Made by a program: the position numbers and the translations under genes. Below, one piece after another: positions 31,005 through 43,950 of a DNA stretch of 64,000 nt. A model generated the notes under the pieces. The model ran no database searches. It was not told the origin of the DNA and saw nothing but the letters and a program-made list of their open reading frames with translations. Every line of letters begins with the position of its first letter. Within the stretch, counting starts at the first letter, position 1. Source of the DNA: the human T2T-CHM13v2.0 reference genome, Homo sapiens; NCBI RefSeq assembly GCF_009914755.1, contig NC_060926.1, one strand, 5' to 3'.

Positions 31005-31525
31005 TCTTCAGGGTTAGCTACTGCCACATAACAAATGACTACCAAATTTAGTGGCTTAAAACAATCATTTTGCTATATTTCATTATTTGGGGAGTCAGGA
31101 ATTTGGCAGCTCTCAGATAGGTGATTCTTTTGTTCTACCTGGTGCTGCCTGGGATTGTTCAGTAGAATTCAGCTGCAACTGGTCTGATCTGGAGGGTCCA
31201 AGATGACTTTCTTCACATTCCTGGCACCTTCACGGTAATGGCTCTGGCTGCAAGGCTGGCTTGGCTGGTTTCTCTCTCCATGTAGTTTCATGCCTCTCCA
31301 TGTGATCTTTCTAGCAGGACAGCCTGGCTTTCCATGTGGCTACTCAGGGCTCTAAAAGAACAAGGAGGAAGCTGCCTGTTCTCTTAAAGGCTAGTCTTAG
31401 AACTAGCAGAGCTTCCCTTCCACTGTATTCTAGTGGACCAGCTCAGAATCAAGGGGAGGGCAAATGAAGCCCACATCTCTATGGGAGGAATGTCAAAGCA
31501 TTTGCAGCCATTTTTAACCCACTAT
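31005..31525 (-). mobile_element. MLT1 (H/I-like) MaLR LTR
   Basis: ctactgccacataacaaatgactaccaaatttagtggcttaaaacaatc...atttgcagccatttttaacccacta. Confidence 0.7.
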
Positions 31526-31974
31526 AGAGGTTTATAGGTACACACAACTGGGATTGCCCTCTGCCAGGAATCAGGAGAGTGAGGGTCTATCATTTTCTGT
31601 GCCAAGGGATACCTGGCATGGAAACATCTTGGTCCACTGATCCAATATTTTGACTACCCTGATAGAGCAGAGCAGAGGTTTGTGTGCCATGAGATCATAT
31701 ACTAACATCTGCCAAAGGTTCTGGTTCTAATAGCTGAAGTTAAAAAGAATTTTAAAAGTGCAATCTCTAGTATTGGCTGTTGGATGGTTTCCCTTTGGAT
31801 CCCTGAACTGTTTCCTCTTGTTGGCAGTGACACAGAGAACACTGGATCCTTAGCCTGAGTGTTCTTCGATGTCACCTCAACTCCATTTCATTTTATACTG
31901 CTAAATTCAGCCTAACTTTTTGATAAAACTAACACAAAAACTCCCAATTATAGAGCGGCTGGCACTGTATACAT

Positions 31975-32155
31975 TTTCTCTAATTTTCCCTGTAACTGTG
32001 CAAGTTCCATATGCTAGCGCAATTTTCAGATGAGGGAACAGCAGCTCAGAAAGGTTAAGGAACCTAAGGTGGAGGTTACATAGAAAGCGATATATTTGCA
32101 AATTTGAACCAAGACCTTCTGGGCTCCAAAACCTGTTTCCACTACTCCATGTGAT
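31975..32155 (-). mobile_element. MIR
   Basis: ttttcagatgagggaacagcagctcagaaaggttaagg...atttgaaccaagaccttctgggctcc. Confidence 0.75.
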
Positions 32156-32520
32156 CTTTGGAAAATCACAGAACCTTAGAAAACATCTTTAGTGTACGGT
32201 CTGAGAAAGCACAGAGCCAGTGAGGCCAGCAGGAACATCCCAGCTCGGTTTTGCACTCCCCAGTGTTGTCCGCTCCCACTGAGGCTACGGCTGGCCTACA
32301 AACTTGTTTTGACATCAGCTGCATTCCTTTTGAGAAATTTTGATATGCACACAAAAAAGTGCAGAGTGATTTGTCCTTTCTCAAAAAAATCTTTTTTATA
32401 AAATATTGCTCTGCTAAATTCCTTACGACAGATAGCCTTCACATGATATTTAAGGAATGATTCAACATGCAAAGAAGTGTGAAAAAGAATCACCTTGATA
32501 TTAATTCCCCTCATAATACC

Positions 32521-32881
32521 TGAGTTAGCCTGGATCCTCAGAAAAGCCTGTGTGATAGAAACTGAGGTGAGCCAGTAAGGCTGGGATCAGACCCTGAGAG
32601 AAGGTGACAGTGAACGGAGATTGGGTGGAGGTGTCCTAGACCACGGTGCAGTCTAGCGAAGATTTGACAAGGCTACCAGGAGTCTTTGAGCCAAAACTGT
32701 CTAGCCAAAACCATATCATCTAGGAATGGGCCTGCCCAAGAATTCCTGTCCTGCTCAGTCACTGGCCAAGAGTGGCCTCTGGAGTGAGAGTGGCCTCAGC
32801 GCCAGGGAAATGGTGGATTTCAGCAGATGTTGGCTTCTTGGACAACTGAGCTCCCTGTAGTAGCTCTCATGGCTGCCACAC
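32521..32881 (-). mobile_element. LTR16-like ERV-L LTR fragment
   Basis: aggaatgggcctgccc...ctgctcagtcactggcc...ggctgccaca. Confidence 0.55.
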
Positions 32882-33049
32882 TGCCACTGTACTGGGCATA
32901 CATAAAGTGCTGAATAAATGTCTATTCGTAAATGGTCTTCAAAGTAATCTACTACTCTGCATTTCCAACTTCTGTGACTTTGCTCAAATTTTTATCTGCT
33001 TTGCTTGCTCTGCTCTCCTGTACCAACATTCAGAAAGCAGTGCAGATCC

Positions 33050-33690
33050 CACCTCCAAGCAGTTTTCTCCGATCTCCACAGTCAGAATTAATCTTACAAA
33101 TCCTTTTTCTAGGCATCTGCAGCACACGCTATACTTTTGTCATTGAATCCAGTACAGACTAATACATACGGGAATTACTCGTTGCATAGACGTGGTCCTG
33201 GGGACTTAGGGTAGTGGCTTATTCACTTTTTGTGCCCCACCAGTACCCCTATAGCATTCTGCACAGGGCTTTGCACATAGTAGGTGCTTAATAACCAGTT
33301 GTTGAATTTGTTGAGATTCTTGCAACAAGATGTACTCAAATAAATCTTTAGGGAAAGGGTAGTACGGTTCTGCCCAGAATCTCTTACAAGAACTTCCAAC
33401 TCAGCATGTCCCAAGCTGAACCCCGTATCTTCTCCCCAAACCTACTTCACATCTGCTCTGCCAGTGCCCACCACCCATGCTCCAGTCCCTAAGCCAGAGA
33501 ACCTCCGCGTCCCCCTGGACTGCTGCTCTGCATCACCTGAATCTTGCTGGTGCTGCTTTGGAAGGGCCCCCCTGATCTTCTCTCCTTCCCTGAAGCCATC
33601 ATCCTCTTTCACCAGGACTATTGTACTGGCCTCCTTATGGCCTGCTCTGATATATGTCCCCCTCTTCCTCCAGGCCTCTGTATTGTCCCC
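33050..33690 (+). mobile_element. L2 fragments
   Basis: gcacatagtaggtgcttaataa; cagcatgtcccaagctgaacccc. Confidence 0.6.
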
Positions 33691-33697
33691 AGAGTTA

Positions 33698-34143
33698 TGG
33701 CTGAGATAGGGTGGGGTAAGTGAGGTGCCAAGGGCACACAATTTAAGGAGGCCCTACTTCCAGGATTGTGCAAGCGCTGAAAGTGAAGGCCTTACATTTT
33801 GTTTCTTAAGGCTGGCGCAGTGGCTCACGCCTGTAATCCCAGAACTTTGGGAGGCCTAGGTGGGCAGATCACCTAAGGTCAGGAGTTCAAGACCCGCCTG
33901 GCCAATATGGTAAAACCCCATCTCTACTAGAAATAAAAAAAATTAGCCAGGTATGGTGGCATATGCCCATAATCCCAGCTACTCAAGAGGCTGAGGCAGG
34001 AGAATCGCTTGAACCTGGAAGGCAGAGGTTGCAGTGAGCTGAGATCAGGCACTGCACTCCAGCCTGGACGACAGAGCGAGACTCGATCTCAAAAAAAAAT
34101 GTGCTTCTTAAGTGCCTCTCTAATCACCTGGGTTCCCACGCTG
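33698..34143. mobile_element. MER96-like palindromic hAT MITE split by AluSx
   Basis: gctgagatagggtggggtaagtgaggtgccaagggcacacaatttaaggaggc left arm; a degenerate right arm continues after the Alu. Confidence 0.5.
33810..34099 (+). mobile_element. AluSx
   Basis: Full dimer; degenerate TSD tttgtttcttaa / tgtgcttcttaa. Confidence 0.9.
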
Positions 34144-34204
34144 CCCAGAGCCCAACTGCGATAATGACTTTCCTTTACTGGAACTCCTTCTAGCAATCTT
34201 TGTT

Positions 34205-34352
34205 TCAGTGGGTCCCAACCATGGCTGTGCATTAGCGGTACCTGCAGAGCTTGGTGAAAATACAGACTCCTAGGTCCCACCCAGATTGAATCAGATCGGA
34301 AGTGGATAGGGCTTAAGAATCTGCACAGTTGCACAGTCAGGTTTGGGAACTG
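34205..34352. mobile_element. MER5B-like hAT-Charlie MITE
   Basis: cagtgggtcccaacc...aaaatacagactcctaggtcccaccc...tttgggaactgctg. Confidence 0.65.
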
Positions 34353-34534
34353 CTGGCTCATAGGACCAAGTTCAGACTCCAGAATAACATTCCAGGTTCC
34401 TCTCAATCCAGCACCTGCTTGAGTTTCTGGCTTCATTTTCAGCTGGTTTCCTCCTGGCAGGCACCCCACAGGCAGATCACACCAGACCACTCATTGGACC
34501 TCACATATGCCTGGCATCTTTATGTCTCTGTGCC

Positions 34535-34827
<293 letters not shown>

Positions 34828-35104
34828 TGTCTCTGTGCCTTTTCTTGGGCTGCTCCCTCTGAAAGAATGCTCTTCTTCTCCCTGCTCCTTCCAAGAGGCA
34901 AGATTCCACTAAGGACCTACTTGAAATGCCATCTCATTTCCGAAACCCTTTTGAATCTTCATTTCTACCCTTCGATATAACTCTTTCCCCATCTAGACTC
35001 TGCTGTATTTTATTCATAACATCAGCAGCACTTCTCATGCTGTGTCACATTGGTTCTATGAGGGTCCTCCTCCCTGCTCAGCTCAGAAACTAATAGTCAG
35101 AAAC

Positions 35105-35130
35105 TATTAGGTTGGTGCAAAAGTAATTGC
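35105..35130. mobile_element. MADE1 single arm
   Basis: tattaggttggtgcaaaagtaattgc is TA plus the Hsmar1/MADE1 TIR. Confidence 0.8.
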
Positions 35131-35394
35131 ACAATTAGTATCTATTCACATTGGATCTGCAGCACCTTGTGCGTTGCCTAGAAAACTGTGAGAATGGATT
35201 AACTGTGAATTGAATAGAAATAAGTGCTACCTAGTTAAATTTAACTTTTCACAGCACCTAACACAATGCCTTGAGCACAAAATCTTTAAAATTATTTGTT
35301 GAGTGAGTAAATGAACAAAGGAGTGAGTATGGGCCAGAGTTTGTCATCACCACTTAGCCAATTCCCGGGAACTTGTATGTGTTTGGGGTTACCT

Positions 35395-35583
35395 GGTAGA
35401 ACTCAAATGTCAGTGTGCATAAATAAGAATCACCTGAGACATTATTAAACATGCAGACTCCCGGCCACCCTCCCAGAGATGCTGATTCAGTAGTTCTGGG
35501 TGGGGTCTAGAAATTTGCATTTTTAACAAGCATCTTGGGTAATTCTGAGACAGGTGGTCCACAGACAGAGTCTGAAAAGTACT
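35395..35583. mobile_element. MER5A-like MITE
   Basis: agaatcacctgagacattattaaacatgcagactccc...gaaatttgcatttttaacaagc. Confidence 0.75.
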
Positions 35584-36186
35584 TCAGGAGGCATTTGGTG
35601 TTCAGCAGGTGGTGTTTACTCTGTGGATGGATTCTTAGACCAGCTGCCTAGGAGTTCAACCCTTAAAGTCAAAGATATTGTGTAGTCCTATCAGGAGGAG
35701 CTGGTAAAAGTAGCAGGTCTAATGTGGCATCTGATGGGCCTTCAGATTCTGGGAAGGCCATTCCTGGGAAAGCCACAGTGTCCTGCAACAGCAGGAAGAA
35801 TGAAAGAATGACAAGCCAGGCAAGCTTCACCTTGGATACAGAGTCTCTTGCTTCTAGCTCATTTCTGCTGCTAGGCTGCCCTGGTCTGACAAATGGCCTT
35901 GTTTGAAGCCCCAATTCCTGATACTCACTGGGCCTGGGTGACTCCTTGGCTTACTCCTATTCTTTAGGCTCAGCTTCTGGTGGTTCCCATGGGGCCACTG
36001 TTTTCATCACCATCATTCTTTGTCCAGCCTCACCTCCATTGGGGTGAATTGGTGTTGGTCGGGTGGAAGGAGTCCAGGTGGATGAGCCTGCAACCCTACA
36101 TCCTGGTAGGAACTCTGCCACTAACTGCTCACCAGACTTGCCAAAGGCCACTTACACAAAGTAAACAGGCATTTACTAAATACTTG

Positions 36187-36664
36187 CGTTATTTGTCTGG
36201 GTTCTGCAGAGAAACAAAGCCAACTAGAAATAGATTTACTATAAAGATTGGCTCACAAGATATGCAGGCTGAGAAGTCTATGATCTGCAGTTATTAAGCT
36301 GGAGACCCTGGGGATCTGATGGTGTGGTTCCAGTCTGATTCTGAAGGCCTAAGAACTGGGTGAGTTGATGGTGTAAATTCAAGCCTGAGTCTCAGTATGA
36401 AGGCAAGAGAAGACTTATGTCCCAGCTTGAAGACAGTCAGGCAGAAAAAGAGAATTCTTTCTTACTCAGCTTTATTTTTTTTTTTAATTCAGAACTTCAG
36501 TGGATTGGATGAAACGGATCCAACCTGCTTTACTGAGTCTACCAATTAATTCAAACATTAATGCCATTCAGAGACCCTCCCAGACACACCCAGAGTAATG
36601 TTTAACCAAAGAGCTAGGCTCCCTGTGGCCCAGTGAAGTTGACACATAAAATGGAACTATCACA
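36187..36664 (-). mobile_element. MLT2B-like ERV-L LTR
   Basis: gggttctgcagagaaac...attggctcac...ggctgagaagtc...gttgacacataaaatggaactatcaca. Confidence 0.8.
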
Positions 36665-37547
36665 ATCTGCTATGTGCACAGCACTGTCAGCGGAACCTCT
36701 GGGGCCCCAGATTCCTCAAGTGTGGTGTCTCTTGCAGTTCTAATTGTGCCAATTGAAGGCAAAGCCAACCAAATAAAACCTATTTCCTTTGAGGAGCAGG
36801 AACAGAAACATTCTCTCAGAATAAAAACAGGAACTAGAAGGTCAATATTGAGAGTGGAGAGTCTGTTTCCCTCTGAAAGATCGCTTGAGGGAGTTAACGA
36901 TGGGTCTTCATCTTCCCTTCTGTCCTTAGTGTTCTTCTAGGTTCTATATGGTGATGGAAGAAGCAGCTGACTGGACTAGAGAGAGGAACTTCTGGGTGTT
37001 GGAGCCCAGGAGCAGAGCTGCATTCTGGGAAAACTTCAGCCACAGAAGCGGCATCTGGAAACTGAGGAGTCAGCACCCTTAGGGAGTGGAAAAGGGGTTG
37101 GGGAGGCTGGGGACAGAATACTTGTACACCTCTGCAGTTCAGCTACATGCCTCTAGGCCATCTAACTGAGCATGCTAACTTAGCACCCTCTTCTCAAGTC
37201 TAGACAGAAAGAAGGGAAGTGGGTACAAACACAGATAAGCTTCCAGTAAGGACAAGAGCCCGTGAACAACACCATGGGTCACTCCAGCTTGGTACATCGT
37301 AACCAAATCTCACTAGTCTCAGAGCCTGCACTTTCCACGCCAGCAGGCACGTCCCTCGACCCAGGGTTTTGATCCTTGCCTGCACTTCTTACTGAGATGT
37401 CAGCGGCTGCAGGTGCCCACTGCCGGAGCTTCCGTCTGACCCATAAGTGTCCTAGCAGGCCTCTCCCTAAAATGCTTTTGGTATTTTCCTCAAGGGCTAC
37501 CACATTTGGAAGAATTTAGTCCACTGATTACATTTATTTTGTAGGTA

Positions 37548-37637
37548 TTAAGTTGGTGCAAAAGTAATTCAGGTTAAAAGTAATAGCAAAAATTAAAAGT
37601 AATAGCAAAAACCTCAATTACTTTTGCACCAACCTAA
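37548..37637. mobile_element. MADE1 MITE with altered centre
   Basis: Both TIRs (ttaagttggtgcaaaagtaatt / aattacttttgcaccaacctaa) and TA TSDs at 37546-37547 and 37638-37639. Confidence 0.9.
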
Positions 37638-38159
37638 TATTTATTTACTACTTATCTAGTCATGGTAAATAAGTCAGTCACGCTTTTCTCCATTTTTATT
37701 ACTCAAAGATGATCCAGCTCAGAGGCAGTCTGTCTTTCCCTCTTGGCTATCCCTGTAGTGTTCTTTGTGCCAAAATGACTTCTCAACTGCTCTTACTTTT
37801 TCTTTTCATACTAAATGTCAGAAAAGCTTTAGAATTACACTGAGCTATTATTTGATGTCATATCCAAAATAGCTATTTCTCTATTCTCTAATAAATGGGA
37901 ATGAATGGATGATTTTCAAAGAAATTCTTATCAAAATAGACTCAGAGATCTTCCAAAAAACCAAGCCATGGAAAAAGTGGATAATGCTACCACAAGCTCC
38001 CAAGGCCCAGGTCATTTAACAAGTTGCTCATTTTAAACCTTTAAGGGAGAGAAGATTTTGTTGCTATTTAACTCATCCAAAGCTTAAAGGAAAAATTCTC
38101 CTACCTATTTTAGGAAGCCAACGTATCATTGGTACCAAAACCTCATAGAGATAACACTT

Positions 38160-38460
38160 ATGTACCACACACTATGCAAAAGCATTGTTCCCCCACCAGA
38201 CACACACACACAAACACTGCACGAATACAAACATCCACACAATTCATGCACACATCACACATACCACACTCTACCCAAATAAAAATGTGCCTCACATACA
38301 TATACACACAACACATATACCACACCACACAGATTCACCTTATATCCACACCACCCACACCCCAACACACATGCACTGCACAGATACAAACATACTGCAC
38401 ACACATAGCCCATGCCACACACCTATACCCATCATACACACACACACATACACACATATC
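38160..38460. repeat. Degenerate (CA)-rich low-complexity tract
   Basis: About 300 bp of imperfect CACA/CATA repeats. Confidence 0.9.
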
Positions 38461-38463
38461 TCA

Positions 38464-38820
<357 letters not shown>

Positions 38821-39009
38821 GGAAACTAGCAAATAGAATTCAGTAGTCCATTTTAAAATACCAAAGTGGGACTCATATCAGCTGGATTCAATTTTAGGAA
38901 ATCTATTACTATAATTAACCCTGTTAATAGTCAAAGGAGAAAAGTCATGATTACTTTCAAAGGTATAGAAAATAAATGTAACAAATTTCAGTGTTCATTC
39001 ACGTAAAAA

Positions 39010-39255
39010 AAGTAATAAGAGCTAACATTTATTTTTCCCTTATTATGTATTGGGCACTATCTGATATGCTTTGTGTGCGTTTTCTTATTTAGTCCTCAAC
39101 CATCACATAATGAGGGAGGTACTACCTTTCCCATTCAGTCTGTAGATAAGGACACTAAAGCCTAGCAAGGTTAACAGTCTTGCCTCAGGTCACATATTAG
39201 GTAGTGGGTTGCATACAGCTAGTAAGTGGCATGTTCTTATGTTCTTAATGACTGT
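39010..39255 (-). mobile_element. MIR
   Basis: taataagagctaacatttatt...tgtagataaggacactaaagcc...cttgcctcaggtcacat. Confidence 0.7.
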
Positions 39256-39698
39256 GTCAAAATAGGAATATAGGAATACTTCCATAATACAATAGACAGA
39301 TGTATCCTAAATCATAAACCAACATCACAGTTGACAGACAAACAATAGAAAGGTTTCTGCTTAAATCAGGAATAAGACAAGCATGTTCACTATTACTGCT
39401 ATTAACTAACATTTTTTCTGGAAAAACTTTATAATTAGATAAGATAACCAATAAAAGATATAAATATTGTAAGAGAGGGAACAAAATTATAGTTACTGCA
39501 GATGATGTGACAATACACTTGAAATCCCAAGAGAAACAACTGCAAAGCCATTAGAAACAATGTAATTCAGGGAAGTAACCAGTTACCTATTTAATATTTT
39601 AAAAACTCATAATTTTCCTGCATACTGAAGAACAATCAGGTAGAAAATTAAACTGGAAGAAAAGATCTTATTCCTAGTAGTAATTTAAAAACACTTCA

Positions 39699-39986
39699 GG
39701 CCGGGCATGGTGGCTCACTCCTGTAATCCTAGCACTTTGGGAGGCCAAGGAAGGTGGATCACCTAAGGTCAGGAGTTTGAGACCAGCTGGGCCAACATAG
39801 CAAAACCCCAACTCTACCAAAAATACAAAAATTAGCCGGGCATGGTGGCACACACCTGTAGCCCCAGCTACTTGGAAGGCTGATGCAAGAGAATCACTTG
39901 AATCCAAGAAGCAGAGGTTAGAGTGAGCTGAGATCACGCCACTGCACTCCAGCCTGAGTGACAGAGGGAGTGTGTGTGTTTCAAAA
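39699..39986 (+). mobile_element. AluSx followed by (CA)n
   Basis: Full dimer; the tail is replaced by a CA repeat running to about 40013. Confidence 0.9.
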
Positions 39987-40729
39987 CACACACAGACACA
40001 CACACACACACACTTAAGAATAAGTTAACAAAACTATATAACCTGTGCTATATGAAGAAAAAAGGCATAATATTGAGAGACATAAAAGATTTGAATTCAT
40101 AGAGAGGTCTATTTTTTGAGTAGAAAAAATATATGAAGTGCCAATTCTCTCCTCATTATAAATTTAATGCCATTCTATCAAAATATTTGCAGAAATTTTG
40201 TAAAGAACTTGCCAAAATTTAGACTTAATCTAGAGGAATAAACTCCTGAGAACAGTCAGGAAAACTATGGAAAGTAAGGGAGGGAAAAAAACCACATGGG
40301 ATATTAGGCTGTATTACAAAGTTACAGTAACTCTAACACTGGTTCCAGCTCAGCAGGAGACTGGCAGGACAATGAAACAGAATAGGGTGGCCTAGAACTG
40401 GACCTTCAAGCTTCTGGCAATTTACACAGAAAGCAGGATATGATACAAGTGTTATTTCCAACCTACGGGGAAAATGCATCAATAAACAGCCTGTGACAAC
40501 CATGTGATCACCATTTGGAAAAATAAGAATACTGGATTGTCACCTGACCCTTATACTAAAATACATATCAATGGGATAAAAAAATTAAATGTATAAATGA
40601 AGCCATAATTGTATTAGAAGAAAACATTGGCATCTATTTCTATAATTTGGGGGTGGATAAGGTCTTTCTAAGAATGAAAATTCCTGGTTTCTGAAAAGAG
40701 AAAGGTAACCATATAAAATAATAAGCTTC

Positions 40730-40932
40730 CAGCCTGGCCAACATGAAAACCTCGTCTCTACTAAAAACAGGAAAATTAGTTGGGTATGGTGCTGCACGCC
40801 TATAATCCCAGCTACTCAGGAGGCTGAGGCACGAAAATCACTTGAATCCAGAGGTGGAAGTTGCAGTGAGCTGAGATCTCATCACTGCACTCCATCCTGG
40901 GCAACAGAGTGAGACCCTGTCTCAATAATAAT
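40730..40932 (+). mobile_element. 5'-truncated Alu (S/J) with (AAT)n tail
   Basis: Starts at cagcctggccaacatg; TSD aataataagcttc at 40717-40729 and 40933-40945. Confidence 0.85.
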
Positions 40933-41417
40933 AATAATAAGCTTCTATGTAGCAAGAACAGAAATAAAGGACAAATTGAGAGGAAAGTACAATATATATA
41001 ATAAGCAAAGAGTTTATAGATTCCTCTAGTAAAGAAAAAGCCCTTATAAATCAATAAGAAAAAGATGAATAGTACAACAGAAAAATTGGGCAAAGGACAT
41101 TAGAGGCAAATCACAAAAGAAATTAGTGAAGCAAGTGAAAAATTCTTAATGTTTTTTCCTTTTTTTTAGTTCTTTATAGTAGTCAGTACAGCAAGTGAAA
41201 ATTTGCTCTATTTCACTAATAAAAAATACAAAATAAAGTAACAATCAGTTATAAATTTTGCCTATCAGATTAGAAAATAATAGAAAATTTATAATATCCA
41301 GTGTCCATGAGAAACTGGTACTCTCATAAACTGTTGATGAGAATATACATTGGCATAATGTTTTTGAAGAAAATGGCAGCATCTATTAAATGTTTAAAGC
41401 CTTTATCCTTTGAAAGA

Positions 41418-41878
41418 TGTTATGAGTTAAACTGTGTCCCTTCCTTCCCCTACTTCACCTGCTCCCCACACAGAAAAGATATGTTGAAGTTCTAACTCTC
41501 AGTTCTCAGAATGGGACTTTATTTGGAAATAAGGTTATTGTGGATGTAATTAGTTCAGCTGATAGTGGAGTGGGGTTGGTCCCTAATCCAGTGTGACTGG
41601 TGACCTTATAAGAAGATGGCCATGTGGAAACAGAGACACACAGGAAGAGACACCATGTGATGTAGAAGGCAGGGACTAGAGTTACACAGCTGCAAACTGA
41701 GATTGCCAGCAAACCACCAGAGGCTAGGAAGAAGCACATAAGAATTTCCCCACAGGTTTCAGAGGGAGTATGGCCCTGCTGACACCTCTATTTTGGACTT
41801 CTAGCCTCCAGAACTGTGAGAGAATGCATTTCCATAGTTTTGAACTCCCCTGGTTGTGGTATTTATATAACAGCTCTA
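41418..41878 (+). mobile_element. MLT1C-like MaLR LTR
   Basis: tgttatgagttaaactgtgtccc...ttatttggaaataagg...ggacttctagcctccagaactgtgagag. Confidence 0.85.
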
Positions 41879-41908
41879 AGTGCAAGTTCAAAGGTCAAAT
41901 TCCATATC

Positions 41909-42266
41909 TATATTAGTCTATTTTCATACTGCTATGAAGAAATACCCAAGGCTGGGTAATTTATAAAAAAAGAGAGATTTAATGGAGTCACAGTTCCACA
42001 TGGTTGGGGAGGCCTCACAGTCATGATGGAAGGTGAAGGAGGAGCAAAGGCATGTCTTACATGGTTGCAGGCAAGAGAGCAGGTGGAGGGGAGCTCCCCT
42101 TCATAAAATCATCAGATCTTGTGAGACTTCTTCATTATCATGAGAACAGCATGGGAAAACCTGCCTCCGTGATTCAATTACCTCCCACAGGGTCCCTCCC
42201 ATGACACTATTATGGGAGCTACAATTCAAGATGAGATTTGAGTGGGGACACAGCAAAATCATATCA
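41909..42266 (-). mobile_element. THE1 (D-like) solo LTR
   Basis: tatattagtc...ggggacacagcaaaatcatatca; 5-bp TSD atatc / acatc. Confidence 0.9.
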
Positions 42267-42413
42267 ACATCTAAGAATTTATTCTACCCAAATACTCACT
42301 CAATTATACATATTCAAAGATGTTCACTTCACTATTGATTTTAATGTTGAAAAATTAAATACTATCTAAATATTCATCAGCAGAGAACTGTTTCAATACT
42401 TATGGGATATCCT

Positions 42414-42917
42414 TGTGATGGTTAATACTGAGTGTCAACTTGATAGGATTGAAGGATACAAAGTATTGATCCTGGGTATATCTGTCAGGGTGATCCCAAA
42501 AGAGATAAGCATTTGAGTCTGTGGGCTGGGGAAGGCAGATCCACTCTTAATCTGGCAGGCACAATCTAATCAGCTGTCAGCAAATATAAAGCAGGCAGTA
42601 AAACGTGAAAAAGAGACTGGCCTAGCCTCCCAGCCTACATCTTTTTCCTGTACTGGATGCTTCCTGCCCTCAAACATCAGATTCCAAGTTCTTCAGTTTT
42701 GGGACTCAAACTGGTTTGCCTTGCTCCTCAGCTTGCAGACAGCCTATTGTGGGACCTTGTGATCTTATAAGTTAGTAAACTCCTTTTGATATATCTATAT
42801 CTATATCATCTGTATCTATATCTATATCTATATCTATATCTATATCTATATCTATATCTATATCTATATCTATATCTCCTATTAGTTCTGTCCCTCTAGA
42901 GAAATGTGACTAATACA
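42414..42917 (+). mobile_element. MLT2A1 (HERV-L) solo LTR
   Basis: tgtgatggttaatactgagtgtcaacttg...gactaataca; perfect 5-bp TSD atcct at 42409-42413 and 42918-42922. Confidence 0.9.
42789..42876. repeat. (TATATC)n hexamer repeat inside MLT2A1
   Basis: Seen directly. Confidence 0.95.
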
Positions 42918-43249
42918 ATCCTTAATAGAATACTAAGGTGTGGTTAAAAAAGCAATGAAATAACTAAAAATGGACTAATTCATGAGACATTCAAGATAAA
43001 TTAGTAAGTTCAAAGATCAAGTTGTAAGGTACAGATAGATCTTAAATTTATGTTTTTAAAAATTCATAATAACATGCTAGTATGTGAACATAAAAAGCAT
43101 TGATGTACTTTTCATAAGTAGTTATTTGGGGTTGGGGGATGGCGAGAAAATGAAGAACTTTTCTGTATTATATACATATATATTTATAAGATTTGACTAT
43201 ATTTTTAAAATTGGCATGCATTAGTTTTGTCATCAGAAAAGTAAAATCT

Positions 43250-43547
43250 TTCTTGTTTAATTTTGACATGGGGTCTTTCTGTGTCACCCAGATTAGAGTG
43301 TAGTGGTGAAATCATAGCTTACTGCAGCCTTGCACTCCTGGGCACAAGTGATCTTCCTACCTCAGCCTCTTGAGTAGCTGGGACTACAGGCGTGTGCTGC
43401 CAAGCCCAGCTAATTTTCTTATTTTTTGTAGGGATAGGGTCTTGCTTATTGCTAAGTCTGGTCTCAAATTCCTGGTCTCAGATGATCCCCCCTACCTTGG
43501 CCTCTCAAAGTGCTGGGATTATAGGCATGAGCCACCGCACCTAGCCT
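43250..43547 (-). mobile_element. AluJ
   Basis: atcatagcttactgcagccttgcactcctgggcacaagtgatc is a J-type right arm. Confidence 0.85.
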
Positions 43548-43597
43548 AAAATCATTTTTATTATACATTCTATGAAGGGAGATTAACATCTCATCTT

Positions 43598-43950
43598 GCC
43601 TTCTTAGCCCATTTTGTATTACCATAAAGAATACCACAGACTGGATAAACAATAGAAATTTATTTGGCTCACAGGTCTTGAGGCTGGGAAATCCAAGACT
43701 GAAGGATTATCTCTGGTAAGGACCTTCTTGCTGTGCCATCACATGGCAAGAGGCACCATGAGGCAAAGGGCATGCATGAGAGGCAAGAGATTGCAGACTC
43801 AAGCCCTTTTATAATTGGCATTAATGAATTTATGAGAGTGGAGTCCTTGTGACATAGACACTTCCCATAAGGCCCCACCTCCCAATACTGTTGTATTGGG
43901 GATTAAATTTCTAACACAAGCATTTTGGGGGACACATTCAAACCATAGCA
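43598..43950 (-). mobile_element. MST/MLT1A-type MaLR LTR
   Basis: aataccacagactgg...aggccccacctcccaatac...ggggacacattcaaaccatagca. Confidence 0.8.

Noticed and set aside
35362-35371. TTCCCCGGAA STAT6-type palindrome
   Set aside because: A single short motif among repeats, expected by chance in 64 kb.
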